Source: Acidobacteriota bacterium (GTDB lineage: Bacteria > Acidobacteriota > UBA6911 > RPQK01 > JAJDTT01). From it: a stretch of DNA of 64,000 nucleotides. The translations under genes and the position numbers were made by a program. Below the pieces are notes generated by a model. The model saw nothing but the letters and a program-made list of their open reading frames with translations, was not told the DNA's origin and did no database searches. Numbering within the stretch: position 1 is the stretch's first letter; the number at the start of each line of letters is the position of its first letter. The DNA lies in the NCBI GenBank assembly GCA_965263035.1, contig OZ253580.1, positions 5,856,001 through 5,920,000 on the forward strand, read 5' to 3'. Shown piece by piece: positions 58,738 to 64,000 of the stretch.

Positions 58738-58786
58738 TAGACCGGAACTGCTATAATCCGGCAGCGGACCCGGACGGGACCCGACC

Positions 58787-59701
58787 ATGGCTGATCTCCT
58801 ACCTGAACGGACGGTTCAGACCGGCATCCAAACCATTCGTCTCAGAGCTCTAACCACAATCGGAGAAATGGATCAGGTCGTCGACCTGGAGGAACAGATC
58901 TGGGGGTACGGCACACCCGGCTCCGATTCCCCCTACCCGGCTCGAGCCCTGTTCGCCGTGGCCGAGAGTGGGGGGCTGGTGGCCGGAGCCTTTGCCGGCG
59001 GCGATCTGGTCGGGTTTACTCTCGCCTGGCTGGGGTCGGAAAACGGGACGCGAGTTCCCTACCTCCACAGCCAACTCATGGGCGTCCTCCCGGCTTTCCG
59101 TTCCCACGGCATCGGGTACCACTTGAAGCTGTTCCAGAGGGACTACGCATTGGGTTCGGGGCTGGATCTGATCAAGTGGACCTTTGATCCACTCCTTGCG
59201 GCGAACGCCCACTTGAACCTGAAGAAGCTGGGAGGCGTGATTCGGTCGTACCTCCCCAACTACTATGGGAACCTGCAGAGTCACTTCACCAGGGGGATCG
59301 CTTCCGACCGGGTGTGGGTCTCCTGGTTCGTCAAGTCGCAACGCGTCCGGCAAAGGATCGACCGGTCGTCCTCATCCACGTCAACGGGTGCCGGCCGGCC
59401 CTGGGCCACCCGGGTGAAACCTGATCCGATCAGCGGTCTTGCACGTCTGTCCGGGTTCCGGATCGACCTGGATTCGAAACGGCTGTTGGTCGAGGTGCCC
59501 GGCGACTTCAACACGCTTCGGAGAACGGAGCCGAAGCTGGCTCGAGAGTGGCAGCAGAAGATTCGTGAGATCTTCGTCCACTACCTGAACCGGAGCTATT
59601 GCGCCTCGGATTTCTTCTTCATGGATGGACAAAGCGCCTACCTGCTGGATCGCTCACCCCTGCCTCAGATCCTGAATTCGGAACAGGAGTCTGCGCGGTA
59701 G
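58787..59701 (+). CDS. GNAT-family N-acyltransferase
   Basis: GGLVAGAF, LHSQLMGVLP..GIGYHLK, WTFDPL..NAHLNL..KLG, Y..NYYG, SDR. Confidence 0.82.
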   Translation: MADLLPERTVQTGIQTIRLRALTTIGEMDQVVDLEEQIWGYGTPGSDSPYPARALFAVAESGGLVAGAFAGGDLVGFTLAWLGSENGTRVPYLHSQLMGVLPAFRSHGIGYHLKLFQRDYALGSGLDLIKWTFDPLLAANAHLNLKKLGGVIRSYLPNYYGNLQSHFTRGIASDRVWVSWFVKSQRVRQRIDRSSSSTSTGAGRPWATRVKPDPISGLARLSGFRIDLDSKRLLVEVPGDFNTLRRTEPKLAREWQQKIREIFVHYLNRSYCASDFFFMDGQSAYLLDRSPLPQILNSEQESAR

Positions 59702-59846
59702 AAATGATCGTAGCGAGAAATCGGGGAATCGAGGCCAGATTTTCTCGATTTTGAGGTGCATAGTTGTTCTATTCGCCGAGAAATCGGGGAAATATGGACC
59801 GATTCTACCGCTTTCGCAGTAGCTCAATTTCTGCGGCGCAGGCTCC
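59686..59846. repeat. MITE-like palindromic repeat, family 1, copy 3
   Basis: Near-identical to copies 1 and 2; CAG at both ends; supplies the last codons and TAG of the GNAT gene. Confidence 0.92.
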
Positions 59847-59891
59847 CAGCCCATTTGACCACGGTCCGGGAACGTAGGACCATAAGCCGCC

Positions 59892-61334
59892 GTGGGTTTT
59901 TCGCTCCTGGACTACACGATCCTGGTTCTCTATCTCCTGGTTACAGCCATCCTGGGCATCCTGCTGGGCCGAGGCCGGAAGGATCTGGGACAATACTTCC
60001 TGGCCGGGCGGAACCTTTCCTGGTGGGTCGTCTGTCTCTCCATTGTCGCTACCGAAACCAGCACCCTCACCTTCATCGGAGTCCCGGCCCTCTCCTACAC
60101 CGGAAATTTAACTTTCCTGCAGTTGGTCCTGGGATACGTCGTGGGCCGTGTACTGGTCAGTTTTCTGCTGGTCCCAGCCTACTTCCAACAGCGGTTACAG
60201 ACCGCTTACCAACTCTTGGCCTACCGCCTGGGGAAAGGGGTGAGAAACTTCTCTGCCCTCCTTTTTCTCGGAACTCGTTCTCTGGCGGACGGGGTCCGCC
60301 TGTTTTCCACCGGGCTCGTCCTTTCGGTAGTCACGGGACTCTCCGACTTTTGGGCCGTCCTCCTGATCGGCGCCGTCACCGTCGCCTATACGTTCTACGG
60401 GGGCATGCTATCGGTCATCTTTAATGACGTGGTTCAACTCGTGGTCTATCTGTCGGGAGCCGCCATCGCCCTGTACGTCCTGCTGGAAAAGATCCCCGGA
60501 GGATGGTCCCAGGCCATCAGTGAGGCGCAGCTCCACGGCAAGCTGCAGATCTTCGACTTCGATCTGTCTCTGGCCACCCCCTACACCTTCTGGGCGGGCC
60601 TGTTGGGCGGCGCCTTTCTGACCCTGGCGACCCACGGCACGGACCAGATGATGGTCCAGCGCTATCTCTCGAGCGGCACTTCCCGACGCAGCCAGATCGC
60701 TCTGATCGCCAGCGGCGTGGTGATCCTGGCACAGTTCGGACTCTTCCTTCTTCTGGGAGTTCTGCTCTTCGTCTTCTACAGGAACTTCCCTCTGGACCAG
60801 GAACTGGTGCAGACCGACCGGATATTTCCCATCTTCATCGTTCAGGAGTTGCCCTCGGGAATCTCGGGGCTGATCATTGCGGCCATCTTCGCCGCTGCCA
60901 TGTCGACGCTTAGCAGCTCCCTGAACTCCCTCTCCTCCTCCTCCATCCACGACTTCTACCGTCGGTGGCGGCGCGGAACCGAAGGCCACTACCTGCGGGT
61001 GTCCCGGCTGCTGACCCTGGGATGGTGCGGGATTCTGGTGGTCATCGCCCTACTGGCCAGGAACTGGGGATCTGTCCTGGAAGCAGGCCTGACCATACCC
61101 AGCCTGACCATGGGAAGCGTACTGGGAGCGTTCCTGTTGGCTCTGCGCCGTCGCAGCATTACGGAGAGAGGGGCTCTGACGGGTATGGCGGCGGGCCTCG
61201 CCACCATGCTCGTGATTCACTGGACGGGAGGAGTGGCGTGGCCCTGGTACGTTCTGGTAGGTACGGCCGTGACGTTTACGACGGGACGGATCGTTTCAAA
61301 AATAGGGAGTGGCAGCCGGGCACCGGGTCACTAA
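59892..61334 (+). CDS. Sodium:solute symporter (SSS family)
   Basis: YFLAGR, SIVATETS, GGM..V..ND, GTDQMMVQRYL, AAAMSTLSSSLNS. Confidence 0.92.
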   Translation: MGFSLLDYTILVLYLLVTAILGILLGRGRKDLGQYFLAGRNLSWWVVCLSIVATETSTLTFIGVPALSYTGNLTFLQLVLGYVVGRVLVSFLLVPAYFQQRLQTAYQLLAYRLGKGVRNFSALLFLGTRSLADGVRLFSTGLVLSVVTGLSDFWAVLLIGAVTVAYTFYGGMLSVIFNDVVQLVVYLSGAAIALYVLLEKIPGGWSQAISEAQLHGKLQIFDFDLSLATPYTFWAGLLGGAFLTLATHGTDQMMVQRYLSSGTSRRSQIALIASGVVILAQFGLFLLLGVLLFVFYRNFPLDQELVQTDRIFPIFIVQELPSGISGLIIAAIFAAAMSTLSSSLNSLSSSSIHDFYRRWRRGTEGHYLRVSRLLTLGWCGILVVIALLARNWGSVLEAGLTIPSLTMGSVLGAFLLALRRRSITERGALTGMAAGLATMLVIHWTGGVAWPWYVLVGTAVTFTTGRIVSKIGSGSRAPGH

Positions 61335-61352
61335 GAAACCGGAATTTCCAGG

Positions 61353-62006
61353 CTATTCGATCTCTCCGTGACCGAGCATCACCATGCCCAGCGTGAGAGA
61401 ACCGGATTGGGCAACCAGAGTCCATTGGTCCATATCGTTCTTCATGAGCTTGGGGCCGGTGACCTCGTCGTAGATCGGGAAGAGGCTGAGGGTGGCGGGA
61501 TGCCTTCCGACGGCAGCTTCAGCGCTGGCCTTCACCAACTCTTCGGGTCTGAAATCCATATCCGGGTCTCCATCCATCCGGGCAGGGATCAGAAGGAGGA
61601 AATCCCGGTACATGGCAACCCCCATGTGATTGCCGTCCGCCGGCTGGACGGCGTAGCGGAGGGTATAAACACCTGGTGCAACCGGAAGGTTCTTGTAGTC
61701 GGACCACTTCACGGCCAAGCGGACTGCGCCGACCAGGGTTCCCACCTTCAGCTGGCCGAAACTGACTCCCAACTCGGTGGACGGCGAAGACGCCTTCGGC
61801 ACATCCGCTCTCAACCAGAACTCGGCAATAGGCTGTCCGCCCTGCATGACGCGCAGAGCTTCCGGCTGGAAAGTGTTCCGGACCTCCTGGGAAAGTTCCG
61901 GCGGCGGGTCGACCTTGGCCGCCTCCACGGTCAAGGTCCCGTCCGCACCGAGGCACGGCGTCAAACCGACACCGAGCAGGACGATCCCCAGTATCCGACA
62001 GGACAT
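61353..62006 (-). CDS. Exported hypothetical protein
   Basis: Signal-like N-terminus; conserved-looking core GVYTLRY..QPADGNHMGV..RDFLLL..HP; follows the DUF1326 gene. Confidence 0.7.
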   Translation of the reverse strand: MSCRILGIVLLGVGLTPCLGADGTLTVEAAKVDPPPELSQEVRNTFQPEALRVMQGGQPIAEFWLRADVPKASSPSTELGVSFGQLKVGTLVGAVRLAVKWSDYKNLPVAPGVYTLRYAVQPADGNHMGVAMYRDFLLLIPARMDGDPDMDFRPEELVKASAEAAVGRHPATLSLFPIYDEVTGPKLMKNDMDQWTLVAQSGSLTLGMVMLGHGEIE

Positions 62007-62053
62007 GAACCGAGGTCCTCTGCGATCTCGCTGTCCGGCCTGCACCGAGTTCC

Positions 62054-62716
62054 TCAGCGCGTGAAACTGCCGACGAACGTCCCTCGGGTCCCGTAGGTTC
62101 CCCAACTGCTTCCCAGGCCCTCTCCCTGGAATCTATGGGAGAGAGTGAAGGCGGGACGGGCATCGGCCACCTCGGTCAATGGCGGATAATAAACCGTTTC
62201 GTTGCCGCAGATATGGTCGCCGTGATTCAGGGCTCGGGTCTGGAGAGACGCGATATCCCCAGCCTGCAGACGGGCAAAGGCCCTGGACGCCCCGAACTCG
62301 AGAGCGATGGGTGCGCGTTGGACCTGGACCAGGTTCTCCATCAGGTGGGGCGCTTCCGCCCGAACGAACGCCAACAAGGCCTCCTCCTGAGCTCCATCCG
62401 CCCGCTCGTCCACCACGACCAGAGACCGGGAGGAACGGTCCACGGCATGAGGATCACCCAAGGTGGACGCGGACTTCACGATGGCCAATACGCTGAGCCC
62501 CTGCAGCGAAACCCCGTTCCAACTCCCTTGGCGGACCCGCCAGGCGAGCATGGCCTCTTTCCCCGCCAGATTGACTTCCGCGTTGGCGAAACAGGGCCCG
62601 GTGTAAACGTCCGTCGTCCTCACCTCCAGATAATCTCCGGAGATGGTGGCATCGGCGGCAACCAGAGGCACCATGACCACGGCCAAGGTCAAGCAAGCAA
62701 CGATTCCTGTTCTCAT
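62054..62716 (-). CDS. DUF1326-like exported protein
   Basis: Signal peptide; GDYLEVRTTDVYTGPCFANAE and CGNE..YYPPL. Confidence 0.72.
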   Translation of the reverse strand: MRTGIVACLTLAVVMVPLVAADATISGDYLEVRTTDVYTGPCFANAEVNLAGKEAMLAWRVRQGSWNGVSLQGLSVLAIVKSASTLGDPHAVDRSSRSLVVVDERADGAQEEALLAFVRAEAPHLMENLVQVQRAPIALEFGASRAFARLQAGDIASLQTRALNHGDHICGNETVYYPPLTEVADARPAFTLSHRFQGEGLGSSWGTYGTRGTFVGSFTR

Positions 62717-62868
62717 AACGACCCCCTATGTTATCGAGTCCCTAATCCTATCAAATGTATCCGTCGGACCAACTTGACCAGTCCGATCCGAACCAGGAGC
62801 CACCGTCAGTTCCGCAACCCACCGATTCCAGATCGAACCCAACCGGGATCTTCAGCCCTGAGCAACCA

Positions 62869-63078
62869 CTACAAGGGCTCGTGGCAACTCCGGTCCGATT
62901 GGCACCTCTCTTCGTTTGCCAGGTCCCCATCGGGTCCCAGGCAGGTCATGGTCTCGTTGCACCAGAAATACGCGTCATTGCTTGGGGGCACCGTGAGATC
63001 CGGCGCCGCCTCGACGTACATTCCCTTCCACCGCAAACGTCGGCAAAGTCGATACTTGATCTGCTCCACATCCAACAT
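62869..63078 (-). CDS. Small Cys-rich protein (~69 aa)
   Basis: GGAGGAG RBS overlapping the end of the upstream gene; C..LRWKGMY..FWC..T..C.GPDG..C..R.C. Confidence 0.7.
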   Translation of the reverse strand: MLDVEQIKYRLCRRLRWKGMYVEAAPDLTVPPSNDAYFWCNETMTCLGPDGDLANEERCQSDRSCHEPL

Positions 63079-63080
63079 GA

Positions 63081-64000
63081 TCAACTCTCCTCCATCCCGG
63101 CTGCCCGGAGCACGGCACGTTTGACGGCCACTCGAGCCAGTTGGATCTTGTACTTGTTCCGGCTCAGTGCCCGAGCACCTTCCACGGCCGCGTTACCGGC
63201 ACTCTCCGCCGATTCCCGGCTTACGGCTTTGCCTTGAAGAGCCATTGCAGCCTTTTCGGAAACCCAGGGCACCGGAGCCACGTGTCCCAATACGACACGG
63301 GCTTGACCGACGCCCCCTCCATTCCGGGTGAGAGCGACGGCGGCCGCCGCCAGCGGCCAGTCCAGTGCCTCCTTCTCCCGAACTTCGTAGGTTGCGTTCT
63401 GGGCCCCTGAAGCCGCCGGAACCATGATCCGGGTCAGAATCTCGTTGGGAGCCAGGACGTTTTCCCGCTCACCTTGGGACCCGGGAGTTTGGAAAAAATT
63501 CTTGAGGTCGACTTCCCGGGAACCGGAGACTCCTTGGATCGTGACCTTGGCCCCGAGTGCAATCAAAGCGGGGGCCAGACTCGAGGCATTGACGAATTGC
63601 GCCGCGCCGTCATTGCCCAGAATGGCGTGGTAGCGGTTGTCTCCAGGCGCGACCATGGACTTGCCGTCCATCTGCGCCAACAGTCCGAAGCCACGTCGAA
63701 AATACCAGCAGCGAGGCCGCTGACAGAGGTCTCCCCCGACGGTTCCGACAGCCTGGATCTGCGGACTGCGAATGCCGTCAAGCGCCTGCGCCAGCGCCGG
63801 ATAGTGAGTCTGCACAGAGTCCTGGGCGGCCAATTCGTCCAAGGTCACGACGGCGCCGATGCTGAGCCCGTTCCCGGAGTCGTAACTCACGCCCTGCAGC
63901 TCTTCGATGGACTTGATGTTCACCAAGCGGCCGGGTGTCACGATATAGTCCTTCATGAGACTCAGGAGATCGGTCCCGCCGGCCAGCACCGCCGACTCTC
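63081..64000 (-). CDS. Xanthine dehydrogenase-family FAD-binding subunit (PaoB/YagS-like), 5' end outside the window
   Basis: AGGTDL, SPQIQAVGTVGG, QRPRCWYFR, LGHVAPVPW, N.YK. Confidence 0.9.
   Translation of the reverse strand, partial: ESAVLAGGTDLLSLMKDYIVTPGRLVNIKSIEELQGVSYDSGNGLSIGAVVTLDELAAQDSVQTHYPALAQALDGIRSPQIQAVGTVGGDLCQRPRCWYFRRGFGLLAQMDGKSMVAPGDNRYHAILGNDGAAQFVNASSLAPALIALGAKVTIQGVSGSREVDLKNFFQTPGSQGERENVLAPNEILTRIMVPAASGAQNATYEVREKEALDWPLAAAAVALTRNGGGVGQARVVLGHVAPVPWVSEKAAMALQGKAVSRESAESAGNAAVEGARALSRNKYKIQLARVAVKRAVLRAAGMEES

Noticed and set aside
1-64000. CRISPR array, tRNA/rRNA genes, prophage or defence island
   Set aside because: No regularly spaced short repeats, cloverleaf or rRNA signatures, phage genes or recognisable defence genes were seen; the ~160-bp repeats are dispersed, not arrayed.

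Overview
GC-rich (roughly 60-65% by eye) bacterial chromosomal segment, most likely Acidobacteriota (inferred from the Ig-domain-extended Pal and the DUF1326 and Xdh neighbourhoods). It mostly carries housekeeping genes: dnaE (partial), guaA, uppP, a nitrogen-control cluster (glnD-glnB; glnA-glnE-pyc), miaB, recN, tol-pal, ssb, tsaB, mutS, tsaC, rarA and dacB. Notable content: (1) a near-canonical XerCD dif site at 19243-19270 with KOPS-like octamers mostly pointing at it, so the window probably spans the replication terminus; (2) a nine-gene corrinoid-dependent methyl-transfer operon (39032-46554) combining MtaA/CmuA-type and AcsE-type methyltransferases, a corrinoid protein, a RACE activator, MetVF and three uncharacterised proteins behind a structured leader; (3) two families of ~160-bp palindromic MITE-like repeats, three copies each. 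One copy sits in-frame inside the TolB signal peptide, two supply stop codons, two bracket an aminotransferase gene, and two have an IS1380 or IS630 inserted at the CTAG at their left end; (4) a one-base frameshift in glnE; (5) a PaoB-type FAD subunit missing three [4Fe-4S] ligands, followed by a small Cys-rich protein. No rRNA, tRNA or CRISPR array was seen. All calls come from reading the sequence; no database searches were run.
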